Notes: generated by a model from the sequence alone, not told the origin. Counted from the stretch's first letter, positions 9,648 to 23,519 are shown. The stretch: DNA of 64,000 nt from an uncultured beta proteobacterium (GCA_963813415.1 CAWEYW010000008.1:98170-162169); one strand, 5' to 3'. Program-made: numbers and translations.

Positions 9648-10700
9648 ATGCGCCTGCTGGTTCTCGGCGGCACGGTGTTCCTGGGCCGGCACACGGTCGA
9701 GGCCGCGCTCGCCCGCGGCCATGAAGTCACCATCTTCACGCGCGGCCAGCACGGCAATCCGTGGGGCGCGAAGGTCGAGCAGCGTCTCGGCAATCGGGAC
9801 CCGCGCAACGACGCCGGTCTCGCCTCGCTCGAACGGGGCGCGTGGGATGCGGTGATCGACACCAGCGGCTACCTGCCGCGCTGCGTCCGGGCGAGCGCCG
9901 AGCTCCTCGCGCAACGCGCACCGTTCTACCTGTTCGTGTCGTCCATGTCCGTCTATGCGGATGCCAGCCGCCCCGGGGTGAACGAGGATGCGCCGCTTGC
10001 GTCGCTGCCCGATCCGGCCACCGAGGCGGTTGCGGAACACTACGGCGCGCTCAAGGCCGCGTGCGAGGCCGTCGTGCGCGAGGTGTACGGCGAACCGTGC
10101 GCGCTCGTTCGTCCCGGCCTGATCGTGGGACCGCACGATCCCACCGACCGGTTTGCCTACTGGCCGGCGCGCTTTCGTGCGCCGGACCTCCTCGGCGATC
10201 GTCCGGCGCGCGCCGTCGTGCCCGCGCCGGCCTCGCGTCCCATCCAGGTGATCGATGCACGCGACCTCGCGGGGTGGATGCTCGATGTCGTGGAATCGGG
10301 CACGCGCGGCGTGTACAACGCGTGCAGCCGCGCCGGACAATGGACGATGGGCGATCTCGTGGATGCGCTCGGCGCCGGTGACGCCGGCGTGACGCCCGCA
10401 TGGCTGGATGACGAGATGCTGATCGAGCATGGCGTCACACCGTGGACGGGCTTGCCGCTCTGGCTGCCGCTCGACGATCCCGAGCATCGCGGCTTTTTCG
10501 CGTTCGACTGCGAGCGTGCGCACCGGGCGGGACTGCGCTCGCGCCCGCTGGTCGACACCGTCGACGACACCGCGGCATGGCTCGCGACGCGCGACGCTGC
10601 AGGCACGTTCGCGCACCTGCTCGGCGCCGACGCCGAACGTGCGCTTCTTGCCGGCCACGGCACGCGCGGGGGCGGCAGCGTGCCATCATCCGGCGTATGA
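9648..10700 (+). CDS. NAD-dependent epimerase/dehydratase (SDR) family protein
   Basis: Trimmed to ATG 9648. MRLLVLGGTVFLGRH glycine-rich N-terminus. Confidence 0.75.
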   Translation: MRLLVLGGTVFLGRHTVEAALARGHEVTIFTRGQHGNPWGAKVEQRLGNRDPRNDAGLASLERGAWDAVIDTSGYLPRCVRASAELLAQRAPFYLFVSSMSVYADASRPGVNEDAPLASLPDPATEAVAEHYGALKAACEAVVREVYGEPCALVRPGLIVGPHDPTDRFAYWPARFRAPDLLGDRPARAVVPAPASRPIQVIDARDLAGWMLDVVESGTRGVYNACSRAGQWTMGDLVDALGAGDAGVTPAWLDDEMLIEHGVTPWTGLPLWLPLDDPEHRGFFAFDCERAHRAGLRSRPLVDTVDDTAAWLATRDAAGTFAHLLGADAERALLAGHGTRGGGSVPSSGV

Positions 10701-11500
10701 CGACCTCGGATACCGCGCTCGCCTACCGCGATTTCGCGCTCGCCACTGCGCGCGAGGCAGGGCGCGCGATCCTGCCGCATTTCCGCGAACCCATCGTCAT
10801 CGACAACAAGGGCCCATCGGCGCATTACGACCCGGTCACCGAAGCCGACCGCGCTGCGGAGCACGTGATTCGCGCCGCCATCGGCGGGGCATACCCCGAC
10901 CACGGCATCCGCGGCGAAGAGCACGGGTGGGAGCGCGGGCACTCGAGCACCACCTGGGTGGTCGACCCGATCGATGGCACGCGCAGCTTCATCCTCGGGC
11001 AGATGCACTGGGCCACCCTGATCGGCGTCAATGACGGCGAGAACGTGCTCGCCGGCGTCGTGCATCAGCCCTACGTCGGTGAGTCGTTCATGGCCGTGCG
11101 CGACGGACCGGCGGAATGGACCCGCGGCACCGACCGGCGCATCCTGCGCACGCGGCCGTGCGCCTCCATCGAGACGTGCGTCGTCGCCTGCACCGATCCC
11201 AAGATGTTCACCACCGCCGAGGACCGCGCGGCGTTCGCGCGCGTCGCCGACCGTGCGCGGCTCGTGCGCTACGGCGGGGACTGCTATGCCTACTGCCTGC
11301 TGGCGATGGGCTTCATCGACGTGGTCATCGAGTCTTCGCTGCAGGCGTGGGACGTGCAGGCACTGATCCCGATCGTCGAAAGCGCCGGCGGCGTGATCAC
11401 CACCTGGACCGGCGAGCGGTGCGACGAGGGCGGTGACGTGGTCGCGTGCGGTGATCGCTCGCTGCACGAGCGCGTGCTGGGGCGCCTGCAGGGCGACTGA
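10697..11500 (+). CDS. inositol monophosphatase family protein (possibly histidinol-phosphatase type)
   Basis: ATG 10697 overlaps the upstream stop (ATGA). [12 protein letters not shown] motif and EAD...HGIRGEE. Confidence 0.85.
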   Translation: MTTSDTALAYRDFALATAREAGRAILPHFREPIVIDNKGPSAHYDPVTEADRAAEHVIRAAIGGAYPDHGIRGEEHGWERGHSSTTWVVDPIDGTRSFILGQMHWATLIGVNDGENVLAGVVHQPYVGESFMAVRDGPAEWTRGTDRRILRTRPCASIETCVVACTDPKMFTTAEDRAAFARVADRARLVRYGGDCYAYCLLAMGFIDVVIESSLQAWDVQALIPIVESAGGVITTWTGERCDEGGDVVACGDRSLHERVLGRLQGD

Positions 11501-11586
11501 GGCGCCGGCGAACCGGCGCCCGCAGCGGGGGTCTGACGGCCGTGCCGAGGCGTGCAGCGCCTGTCGGCATCACGGGGAGAGAACGC

Positions 11587-12678
11587 ATGGATGCGCGGAC
11601 TGGGTCGCTCTGGGAGAATCCCCTCGGCACGGACGGGTTCGAGTTCATCGAATACGCTGCGCCGGACCCCCGGGCGCTCGGCGCGCTGTTCGAGCAGATG
11701 GGTTTCACCGCCATCGCGAAGCATCGCTCGAAGGACGTCCTGCTGTACCGCCAGGGCGAGATCAACTTCATCGTCAACGCCGAGCCGGGAAGCTTCGCAC
11801 AGGCCTTCGCGCGGGTACACGGGCCGTCGATTTGCGCCATGGCCTTCCGGGTCAGGGACGCCGCCATCGCCTATCGCCGGGCCGTGGAGCAGGGCGCCTG
11901 GGGCGTGGAAGCCCATCCGGGGCCGATGGAACTCAGCATCCCGGCCATCAAGGGCATCGGCGACTCGCTGATCTATCTGGTGGATCGTTATCCCGGGGCG
12001 CCAGCCAACGCGGGCAGCCCGGTGTCGATCTACGACATCGATTTCCAGCCCTTGCCGGGTGTCGACCAGCACCCCGTGGGTGCGGGGCTCAAGACCATCG
12101 ACCACCTCACCCACAACGTCCACCGCGGCCGGATGGACGAGTGGGCGAGCTTCTACGAGCGGCTGTTCAACTTCCGCGAGATCCGCTATTTCGACATCGA
12201 GGGGAAGCTGACCGGGTTGCGCAGCAAGGCCATGACGAGCCCCTGCGGCAGGATCCGCATCCCCATCAACGAAAGCGCGGACGACAAGAGCCAGATCCAG
12301 GAATACCTCCTGGCGTATCACGGCGAGGGCATCCAGCACGTGGCACTCGGTACGGACGACATCTACACGACCGTCGAGCGGCTGCGCGCGGCCAGGGTGG
12401 ATTTCCAGGATGCGCCGGACACCTACTACGAACTCCTGGCCGAGCGGCTTCCGGGACACACCGAGGACACCGCCCGCCTCAAGGCCAACCACATCCTGCT
12501 CGACGGGGCGCCGGCCAAGGGCGAGATGCTGCTCCAGATCTTCACCCGGACGCTCATCGGCCCCATCTTTTTCGAGGTCATCCAGCGCAAGGGCAACGAG
12601 GGCTTCGGCGAAGGGAATTTCCGGGCGCTGTTCGAATCGATCGAGCTGGATCAGATCCGGCGCGGCGTCCTGGAATAG
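11587..12678 (+). CDS. hppD: 4-hydroxyphenylpyruvate dioxygenase
   Basis: Trimmed to ATG 11587. [37 protein letters not shown] and [13 protein letters not shown]. Confidence 0.9.
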   Translation: MDARTGSLWENPLGTDGFEFIEYAAPDPRALGALFEQMGFTAIAKHRSKDVLLYRQGEINFIVNAEPGSFAQAFARVHGPSICAMAFRVRDAAIAYRRAVEQGAWGVEAHPGPMELSIPAIKGIGDSLIYLVDRYPGAPANAGSPVSIYDIDFQPLPGVDQHPVGAGLKTIDHLTHNVHRGRMDEWASFYERLFNFREIRYFDIEGKLTGLRSKAMTSPCGRIRIPINESADDKSQIQEYLLAYHGEGIQHVALGTDDIYTTVERLRAARVDFQDAPDTYYELLAERLPGHTEDTARLKANHILLDGAPAKGEMLLQIFTRTLIGPIFFEVIQRKGNEGFGEGNFRALFESIELDQIRRGVLE

Positions 12679-12860
12679 CTCGCCCGGTCCCGGTGCGCCG
12701 CACCCCACGGGGCGCGATCTATCGTCGCACCCTTGAGGGGCCGCGGTGGTTGGCGAACCGCATTTCGACCCCATCTAAGGCAAGTTCGCCCCCTCGGGGG
12801 CTCCCTCGAAGCCCGGGTTGCGTGTAAGATTCGCCCCGCGTTGCTCTTTACGGTTCATTA

Positions 12861-13865
12861 GTGCTTACTCCTCTGGGATTCTCGCTTCTACGCCATCTGT
12901 CCGATGGCGCTTTTCATTCGGGCGAGGATCTCGCCGCGACGGTGGGGCTCACGCGCGCCCGCGTCTCGCAGGTGCTGAAGGATGCCGAAGCGGCTGGCCT
13001 CGCCCTGGAGCGCGTCAAGGGCCTCGGCTACCGCCTGCTCGAAGCACCCCGTTTTCTCGATCCCAAGGTGGTGCGCGAGCGTCTCGACCGGCTCGCTGCC
13101 GAGCGTGGCATCGTCAGCCCGGTGCAGCTCGAGGTCGCCGATCAGGTCGACTCGACCTCGTCGGAGCTCATGCGCCGCTCGCAGCGTCGCGACATCCATG
13201 GCATGGCGCTCGCCTCCGAATGGCAGACGGCGGGCCGCGGCCGTCGGGGCCGCACCTGGACCGCCGTGGTCGGCGGCAGCCTCACGTTTTCACTGGGCTG
13301 GCGCTTCGAGCAGGGCGCCGGCTTCCTTGCCGGGCTTTCCCTCGCCGTAGGCGTTGCCGTGCTGCGCGCGCTCGAGGCGGAAGGCTGCACCGGCGTGGCG
13401 CTCAAGTGGCCCAATGACATCATCCATCGGCATCTGAAGCTCGGCGGCATCCTCATCGAGCTCAATGGTGACGCGCTCGGCCCCTCGACCACGGTGATCG
13501 GCATCGGCCTCAACGTGCGGCTTCCCGAAGCGGCGCGCAAGGACATCACGGCGCCGGTCACGGACCTCACCAAGGTCATCGGCAAGAAGGGGCAGCCGGT
13601 CGACCGCAACCTGCTGCTCGCGCGGCTTTTGTCCGAGCTCGCGGCGGTCCTCGATCAATACGCACGCGACGGCTTCGCGCCGTTTGCGGCGGAGTGGCAG
13701 CACCGGCACGCCTACCAGGGCAAGCCAGTGCGCCTGCTGCTGCCGGACGGTGCCGTGGTGCACGGCAAGGTCGCCGGCGTGGACGCAAGCGGCGCGCTGG
13801 TGCTGGCCGACGGACCGCGCCGGGCGCGCTTCCTGTCCGGCGAGATTTCGCTGCGCCGCGCCTGA
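12861..13865 (+). CDS. birA: bifunctional biotin-[acetyl-CoA-carboxylase] ligase / biotin operon repressor
   Basis: N-terminal HTH (SGEDLAATVGLTRARVSQVL) and GRGRRGRTW biotin-ligase motif. Confidence 0.9.
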   Translation: MLTPLGFSLLRHLSDGAFHSGEDLAATVGLTRARVSQVLKDAEAAGLALERVKGLGYRLLEAPRFLDPKVVRERLDRLAAERGIVSPVQLEVADQVDSTSSELMRRSQRRDIHGMALASEWQTAGRGRRGRTWTAVVGGSLTFSLGWRFEQGAGFLAGLSLAVGVAVLRALEAEGCTGVALKWPNDIIHRHLKLGGILIELNGDALGPSTTVIGIGLNVRLPEAARKDITAPVTDLTKVIGKKGQPVDRNLLLARLLSELAAVLDQYARDGFAPFAAEWQHRHAYQGKPVRLLLPDGAVVHGKVAGVDASGALVLADGPRRARFLSGEISLRRA

Positions 13866-13883
13866 GGCTTCCGAACTGGGCGG

Positions 13884-14633
13884 ATGAGCCAGACGCTCGT
13901 TCTCGATATCGGCAACAGCCGCATGAAGTGGGGCCTGTACGGGCCGCGGGGCTGGATCAGCATGGGCGTCACGCCCAACGCCGAGATCGGCACCCTTTCG
14001 CTGCGTGATTGGCAGAACCTGCCCCGACCGGTCCGCGTGGTCGGTGTCAACGTTGCCGGCGAGGCCGCGCGCGTGCGCCTGGAAGCGCAAATCGCACGCT
14101 GGCGCATCGCTCCCGAATGGTTGACGTCGAGCGTGGCGGCATGCGGAGTGGTCAACGGCTATCGCGTTCCGGCGCAGCTCGGCGCCGACCGCTGGGCGTC
14201 GCTCATCGCCGCGCGCCAACGGGTGCTGGGTGCCGAGGCGATCACACCGGCCATCGTGGTGAACGCCGGAACTGCCGTGACCGTCGACGCGCTTTCCGGC
14301 GACGGCCGCTTTCTCGGCGGGTTGATCGTGCCGGGCTTGCGTCTCATGCTGCGCGGCCTCGCCGAAAACACCGCGGCGCTCAAGATGACGACCGGCGCCT
14401 TTGCCGCATTCCCTGACAGCACGGCCGACGCGCTCTACACCGGCGCGATGCAGGCGGTCACCGGAGCCATCGAGCAGATGCGTGCGCTCCTCGCGCACGC
14501 CGAGCAGGAGCCGCGCTGCTTTCTCGCGGGCGGTGCCGCCAACGAGATCGCGCCCCACCTTACCGGAGCCGTGGAGGTCGTGGATAATCTCGTGCTCGAG
14601 GGTGTGCTCGCCCTCGCCGACGCAAAAGTCTGA
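13884..14633 (+). CDS. coaX: type III pantothenate kinase
   Basis: LVLDIGNSRMKWG N-terminus. Immediately downstream of birA, as in many proteobacteria. Confidence 0.9.
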   Translation: MSQTLVLDIGNSRMKWGLYGPRGWISMGVTPNAEIGTLSLRDWQNLPRPVRVVGVNVAGEAARVRLEAQIARWRIAPEWLTSSVAACGVVNGYRVPAQLGADRWASLIAARQRVLGAEAITPAIVVNAGTAVTVDALSGDGRFLGGLIVPGLRLMLRGLAENTAALKMTTGAFAAFPDSTADALYTGAMQAVTGAIEQMRALLAHAEQEPRCFLAGGAANEIAPHLTGAVEVVDNLVLEGVLALADAKV

Positions 14634-14714
14634 TCGAACCTCCATGTCGCGCTCGCATCCGGCCCTTCCTCGACTGCCGGCAGCGGTACCGCGGTAGCCG
14701 CCAACGACCAGCGC

Positions 14715-15362
14715 ATGCGCACGCTTTTCTTCCTGCTGCTGCTGGCGAATCTCACCCTCTTCGGTTACATCCAGCTCGACAAGGTCGGCACCGGCGAAGC
14801 CGTACGGCTGCGCGAGCAGGTGCAGCCCGAGAAGATCCGCATCCTCACGCAGCAGCAGGTCGCCGCGCTCGGCCCGGACAAGACGGCAGCGCTGCCAAAC
14901 GTATGCGCCGAGTGGGGGCCGTTCGGCGAAACCGACCGGGTGCGCGCGCTTGCCGATATCGCGCCGCTGGGACTGGGCGCCCTCGTGTCGCAGAAGCGCA
15001 TCGAGCCCGTCGCGTCGTACTGGGTCTACCTCTCGCCGTTCACGAGCCGTGCCGCCGCCGACCGGCGCGTCGCGACACTGCGCGATGCCGGCCTCACCGA
15101 TCTCAGCGTCGTCGAGAACGGTCCTGACCGTTTCGCCATTTCCCTGGGGGTTTTCCGTACCGAGGAGGCTGCCGCCGCGCAGGCCGCGGATCTCGCCCGC
15201 CGCGGTGTCGCCAACGCGCGTTCGGGCCCGCGTCCGCTCATCGTGCAGACTGCGCTCGTCGTGCGGGATCCGCCGGCCAACGCCATTGCCCGCCTCAAGG
15301 AGCTGCAGCAGGCCTACGCAGGCACCGACATCCGCATCGGCGCGTGCGCCAAGGGTTCCTGA
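14715..15362 (+). CDS. SPOR domain-containing membrane protein
   Basis: N-terminal TM (LFFLLLLANLTLFGYI). C-terminal SPOR-like segment (WVYLSPFTSRAAADRRVATLRDAGL...FAISLGVFRTEEAA). Confidence 0.7.
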   Translation: MRTLFFLLLLANLTLFGYIQLDKVGTGEAVRLREQVQPEKIRILTQQQVAALGPDKTAALPNVCAEWGPFGETDRVRALADIAPLGLGALVSQKRIEPVASYWVYLSPFTSRAAADRRVATLRDAGLTDLSVVENGPDRFAISLGVFRTEEAAAAQAADLARRGVANARSGPRPLIVQTALVVRDPPANAIARLKELQQAYAGTDIRIGACAKGS

Positions 15363-15370
15363 GTCGCACG

Positions 15371-16036
15371 ATGCCCGCCAAGCTGCCACTCGATCCCGGT
15401 GCGACCCGCGCCATCGAGGCCCGCGTCGCCGCCGTGGAGGCGCGCACCGGGGTCCAGATCGTTTGCGCCGTGCATGCCAGGTCCGACACGTATCCCGAGG
15501 TGCCCTGGCATGCGTTCGCGCTTGGTGTGGTCGCGACGGCCTTCATCACGACCCTTGCCGACTTGCGGTGGCCCGCCTGGAGCGCCCCGGCCACGCTGCT
15601 CCTCCATTCCACGCTGCTGCTGGCAGTAGGCGCGACATGTGCCATCACCACCCTTTTTTCCGCAACCGTAGCGCGGCTTTTCGTGGGGCGTGCCCGCCGC
15701 GCGGCCGAAGTCCGGGAGCGCGCACGCAGCGTGTTCGTCGACCATGCGTTGCATTCGACCCATGCGCGCACCGGCGTGCTGCTCTACGTCAGCCTGTTCG
15801 AGCGCGCGCTGGAGGTCGTGGCTGATCGCGGCTTCGACGGCCGGGTGAGCACTGAGGCGTGGAACGCCATTGCGCGCGCGATGCAGCCCGCGCTTGCGGA
15901 GGGTGATTGCCAGCGCGCATTGATCAACGGCCTCGACGTGCTCGAGGACCGCCTCCAGGCTGCCGGCTTCCGCAACGACGGGTCCAGGCGCAACGAGCTC
16001 GCCGACGCGCCCCTGCAGGAACGGGGCGCCGCATGA
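15371..16036 (+). CDS. TPM domain-containing membrane protein
   Basis: Trimmed to ATG 15371. TPM-like segments (TGVQIVCAV..., TGVLLYVSLFERALEVVADRG) split by hydrophobic segments. Confidence 0.7.
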   Translation: MPAKLPLDPGATRAIEARVAAVEARTGVQIVCAVHARSDTYPEVPWHAFALGVVATAFITTLADLRWPAWSAPATLLLHSTLLLAVGATCAITTLFSATVARLFVGRARRAAEVRERARSVFVDHALHSTHARTGVLLYVSLFERALEVVADRGFDGRVSTEAWNAIARAMQPALAEGDCQRALINGLDVLEDRLQAAGFRNDGSRRNELADAPLQERGAA

Positions 16037-17004
16037 CCCTCCGGCACGCACTGCGGCACGCGTCCGGTGCGACGCTGGTGATGGTGCTCGCGCTCCTCAT
16101 CGCTGCCCTGGTGCCTGCATCCACGGCGCGCGCGACGGACGTCCCTTTCCTTACCGGTCGTGTCGTCGACAACGCCGAGATTCTCGCGCCCGCCACGCGC
16201 GAGCGCATCACCAGCGCCCTCAAGGCGCACGAGGAGCGCACGACCAATCAGGTCGCGGTGCTCACGGTGCGCTCGCTGGCCGGAGAAAGCGTCGAGGACT
16301 ACGCCGTCCATGTGTTCGAGCAATGGAAACTCGGCCAGAAGGGCAAGGACAACGGCGTGCTGGTGGTGGTCGCGGCCCAGGACCGGCGCATGCGCATCGA
16401 GGTGGGTTACGGCCTCGAGGGCACGCTGCCGGACGTCGCGGCGGCGCGGATCATCCGTGACGTGATGACGCCGCGCTTCAAGGAAGGCAACTACGACAAG
16501 GGCATCGAGGACGGCGTTGCCGCGATCCTGGCACAGCTCGAAGGCCGCGCCGATGTGGGCGCGGCGCCGGCACCCGAACGGGCGGCGCAGACGAAGCTGC
16601 TCGACGTGAACACGCCGGATCTCGGCTGGCCGCTGCGGATTCTCCTCGGCGCATTCATTTTCGGCATCATCGGCATCTTCACCTTCGTCGGGATCATGAC
16701 ACCGGGCATTGGCTGGTTCCTGTACGTGTTCCTCATCCCGTTCTGGGCCATGTTTCCCATCGTGGTGCTCGGCACGAAAGGCGCGTTCACGCTGCTTTGC
16801 GTGTACGTGGTCGGCTACCCGATCGCCAAGATCTCTCTGGCGCGCACGGAGTGGTACAAGAAGGCGGCCAAGGACCTGAAGCTCACGGGCCACGGGTCCG
16901 TCGGTGGAGTCGTGTTCTCCAGCGGCGGCGGTTCGTCGGGGGGCGGCGGCTTTTCCGGAGGGGGCGGCAGCTCCGGCGGCGGCGGCAGCTCCGGGAGCTG
17001 GTAA
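16033..17004 (+). CDS. TPM domain-containing protein (YgcG-like) with Gly/Ser-rich tail
   Basis: ATG 16033 overlaps the upstream stop (ATGA). Signal peptide, TNQVAVLTV, GVLVVVAAQDRRMRIEVGYGLEG, three TM segments, and C-terminal SSGGGSSGGGGFSGGGGSSGGGGSSGSW. Confidence 0.75.
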   Translation: MTLRHALRHASGATLVMVLALLIAALVPASTARATDVPFLTGRVVDNAEILAPATRERITSALKAHEERTTNQVAVLTVRSLAGESVEDYAVHVFEQWKLGQKGKDNGVLVVVAAQDRRMRIEVGYGLEGTLPDVAAARIIRDVMTPRFKEGNYDKGIEDGVAAILAQLEGRADVGAAPAPERAAQTKLLDVNTPDLGWPLRILLGAFIFGIIGIFTFVGIMTPGIGWFLYVFLIPFWAMFPIVVLGTKGAFTLLCVYVVGYPIAKISLARTEWYKKAAKDLKLTGHGSVGGVVFSSGGGSSGGGGFSGGGGSSGGGGSSGSW

Positions 17005-17011
17005 GCGGGCG

Positions 17012-17773
17012 TCAGTTGCGCGCGACGACCGCAAAGCGGTGCGCATCCGTGCCCGCATCGTCGGGCAGCGCTTCCGTGCAGACGTCGTGGAACCCGCTCT
17101 GCTGCACCAGCGCGAGCGCCCGGTCCTCCGTGTACCACGTCATGATCGAGCGACGGTCCTCGCGCGCGACGACATCCGCACCGCGTCGTTGCTCGTAGCG
17201 TTCGCGCCGATCGATCCGCCGGGCCTCGGCATCCACGCTGATCTCGGCGCGCCGCGTGATCGCCGTGCCGTCGGGCAGGCGCTCCCGCTCCACTTCGACG
17301 ATGGGCGCCCCGGGGGGATGCTGCGCGATCGCGGGGATCTCCAGCTCGGCGATCAGCATGCCGGGGTCGAGGAGATGCGCGCGGACGCGCTGCAGCGCGC
17401 CGATCACGGAAGCGTCGTCGCCGATGCGCTGCAACGCACCCGCGGGCAGCAGGATCGCGGCGTAGCGGAATGGCACGTTGAGCCCGGCGAGCGGCTGCCG
17501 GAAAAGCGGTACCGCGCGGCCCAGTGCGGCGACGCGCTGCTCGCACGCGAGCCACGCGTGCGGGTCTTCCTCCGCGCCGTGCATGTGCACGCCACACCCG
17601 ACCAGCGCGATCAGGAGCTCCCCGCTGCCTGCGGCGGCATCGAGCACGGGAGCGTTGTCATGGGGGAGATGCTGCGCGTACCAGGCCGCGAGCGCCGCTC
17701 CGGTGCGGGCGTGCCGGCGTTCGTCGAAGCGCGACGCCAACGCGCCCGCTCGCGCCTCGCCGCCAACGCTCAC
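17012..17773 (-). CDS. class I SAM-dependent methyltransferase (start uncertain)
   Basis: Track ORF 17012..17944 would overlap the rhodanese gene, so it is trimmed to in-frame GTG 17773. VLDAAAGSGELL (motif I-like). Confidence 0.6.
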   Translation of the reverse strand: MSVGGEARAGALASRFDERRHARTGAALAAWYAQHLPHDNAPVLDAAAGSGELLIALVGCGVHMHGAEEDPHAWLACEQRVAALGRAVPLFRQPLAGLNVPFRYAAILLPAGALQRIGDDASVIGALQRVRAHLLDPGMLIAELEIPAIAQHPPGAPIVEVERERLPDGTAITRRAEISVDAEARRIDRRERYEQRRGADVVAREDRRSIMTWYTEDRALALVQQSGFHDVCTEALPDDAGTDAHRFAVVARN

Positions 17774-17801
17774 GCGCCGGGGCGCGTGCCGCGCGTTACG
17801 C

Positions 17802-18188
17802 TCAGGATTGCTCCCACGGCAGGTCTTCCTTCCGCCAGCCGGCGACCGTCCCGCGATGGTGCTCGTCGTCGAGCGGACCTTCGAAGCCTTCGAGAACGTT
17901 GTAGACGTCACCGAAGCCCGCCTGCTCGAGTGCCTGCCCGGCACTGATGGAGCGCTGACCGCTGCGGCAGATCACGACCACCGGCCGGTTCATGCTCGCG
18001 ATCTTGCGCACCTGGCCGACGAAATGCGGATTGATCTCCCACTCCGGCCCATCGTTCCACGCCACGTGATGGGCGCCGACGGGATGCCCGACGAACAGGT
18101 ACTCCATCTCGCTGCGGCAATCGACGAGCACCGCCTCGGGGTGGTCGTGCAGGAACCTGAACGCTTCCTTGGGTTTCAGATGTTTCAT
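17802..18188 (-). CDS. rhodanese-like sulfurtransferase domain protein
   Basis: Trimmed to ATG 18188 (MKHLKPKEAF). Active-site loop CRSGQRS. Confidence 0.85.
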   Translation of the reverse strand: MKHLKPKEAFRFLHDHPEAVLVDCRSEMEYLFVGHPVGAHHVAWNDGPEWEINPHFVGQVRKIASMNRPVVVICRSGQRSISAGQALEQAGFGDVYNVLEGFEGPLDDEHHRGTVAGWRKEDLPWEQS

Positions 18189-18411
18189 GCAGGCCAATCT
18201 AAGCATCGGAGATGCGACAGTCAAGCGCGTCCCGGTGCCGAAGTTGACAGCAACGGCCGCTGACCGTACCTTTGCGCTCGCAGCGCCGATTTGATCCAGG
18301 GGCAACCCTGCAGCTTGCGGGCGCTATACAAGTGCAGCTAAAGCGGTTTCGACCGGAACCCGCTCGGCGGCACGCTGAACGGGTTTTTTGTTTTCCACCG
18401 GGAACCTCGCC

Positions 18412-19470
<1,059 letters not shown>

Positions 19471-19495
19471 CGCGCGCAGGCAGCACGGCAGCGCA

Positions 19496-19723
19496 TCACA
19501 GGCGCAGCGAGGGATCGGTGTGCGTCTCGTAATCCTCGAACGCGGTGCGCAGCCCTTCGAGGACTGCCGCGCTCGTCTCGAACAGCATCTGCGCCTTCGG
19601 ATCGGAGAAATGCGTGGTGTTGTCGCGCAGCTCCCCGATCAGGTCGTCGATGACTTTCTTCACCTTGGCGGTCTCGTGCCGCGGATCGTTTTCCGGATAG
19701 ATCGGATTCGCTGAAGTGTCCAC
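19496..19723 (-). CDS. small hypothetical protein (75 aa) between the two metH genes
   Basis: This is the C-terminal 75 codons of track ORF 19496..21514. GTG start at 19723 preceded by GGAGGAGAAGAGC. Sequence [77 protein letters not shown]-rich third positions. Confidence 0.5.
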   Translation of the reverse strand: MDTSANPIYPENDPRHETAKVKKVIDDLIGELRDNTTHFSDPKAQMLFETSAAVLEGLRTAFEDYETHTDPSLRL

Positions 19724-19822
19724 GCTCTTCTCCTCCCCCCGCAAAGCCGCTTCGACCGTGCCGCCGCGCGCCGGTTCGCGAGGCTCATCGGGAAACGCTG
19801 GCGGCGCCGCGCGGTGCAACCC

Positions 19823-22529
<2,707 letters not shown>

Positions 22530-22653
22530 ATGCGCGGCGCCCTGAGCAACATCGCCCGTCGGGCTGAAGCCTGATCCGCGACAATGGTGGCGCCGCGGCG
22601 CCGCGCCTGACATGCGCGCGGCCGAAGCCTCGGCTACAGGACGGCGTGATGCA

Positions 22654-23391
22654 TCACAGCCAGCGATACAGCGAGTAATAGAGGTCGCTCACGCGGCTGC
22701 CGAGGATCGCCCGCCGCGCGGCCTGCCAGACCGGATGGCGGTCGGGACGCGTGGCATACGGCTGGATCTGCGACTGCAGTCCGACGGCGACATCCTCGGT
22801 GACCACTGCCGGACGGACTACGGCGATCCGCGGCCGCGCAGTGCGCGCGCGCCCGCCGAGGAAGTGATCGACGGGCAGGTCGATGCGCATCGGCAGTGCC
22901 GCGAAGAAGCGTTCGGCATAGCTGCGGCGGATGACATAGCCCCAGGTGTTGAAGATGACGCCGAGCGGCTCGTGCAGCCACACGTTGCCGGCGCGGGTGC
23001 GCCGGCGCGTCGAGATGTTCCGCGACGACGTGCCGAGATACACGACGTCGTAGGACTCTTGCGCGCGCAACTCGGCGATGGCATCGACGAAACCGGGCTG
23101 CAGCAGGATGTCGTCCTCGAGCACCGCGCACTCGCGCTCACTGCCTTGCACCAGCACCTGCCAGGCGCGCAGGTGCGATGCCCAGCATCCCGCCTCCGCG
23201 GAGCAGATCGTGCGCAGGTCGAACGTGACAGGGATGTCGTGCGCTGCGGCCCAGGCATCGATGTCCGCGGCGCTGCTGTGCCGGAAATCGACTCCGACGC
23301 GCTGTGCAACGATGCCGGAGCGCGCGAGCTGCTCGTGCATGCGCCTTCGTCGCTCTATCGCGCTGTCGAGATTGATGAGAAGGGTGAGCAT
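22654..23391 (-). CDS. glycosyltransferase family 25 (LPS core biosynthesis type)
   Basis: MLTLLINLDSAIERRRRMHEQL N-terminus, typical of GT25. Confidence 0.8.
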   Translation of the reverse strand: MLTLLINLDSAIERRRRMHEQLARSGIVAQRVGVDFRHSSAADIDAWAAAHDIPVTFDLRTICSAEAGCWASHLRAWQVLVQGSERECAVLEDDILLQPGFVDAIAELRAQESYDVVYLGTSSRNISTRRRTRAGNVWLHEPLGVIFNTWGYVIRRSYAERFFAALPMRIDLPVDHFLGGRARTARPRIAVVRPAVVTEDVAVGLQSQIQPYATRPDRHPVWQAARRAILGSRVSDLYYSLYRWL

Positions 23392-23519
23392 GAACGCAGC
23401 CGGATTCTAGCGCCGACCCCGACCATCGTGCTCGGGCCGGACCTGCGGGCCGGTGCTCATCGTCAACCGGGACGCCTGCGGCCATGGCCGGACCATGCAG
23501 CCGTACGCGCCTGCTGTCT

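Noticed and set aside
11587-12678. Stand-alone hppD as a pigment (pyomelanin) locus
   Set aside because: The absence of hmgA/fahA/maiA from the neighbourhood is seen, but those genes may simply lie elsewhere in the genome. Nothing in the sequence itself is unusual.
13290-15389. 699-aa minus-strand ORF (and the similar chain 8621..9862, 9429..10658, 10157..11467, 11290..12774, 48040..50007)
   Set aside because: All are antisense to strongly supported plus-strand genes (birA/coaX/SPOR, the dehydrogenase/epimerase/IMPase/hppD run, mgtE). They have low-complexity Arg/Gly/Ala composition.
18200-18411. Cobalamin or SAH riboswitch upstream of metH
   Set aside because: I could not find a B12-box-like or SAH-element consensus by eye. 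I therefore did not annotate a riboswitch and only report the hairpin plus U-tract for covariance-model testing.
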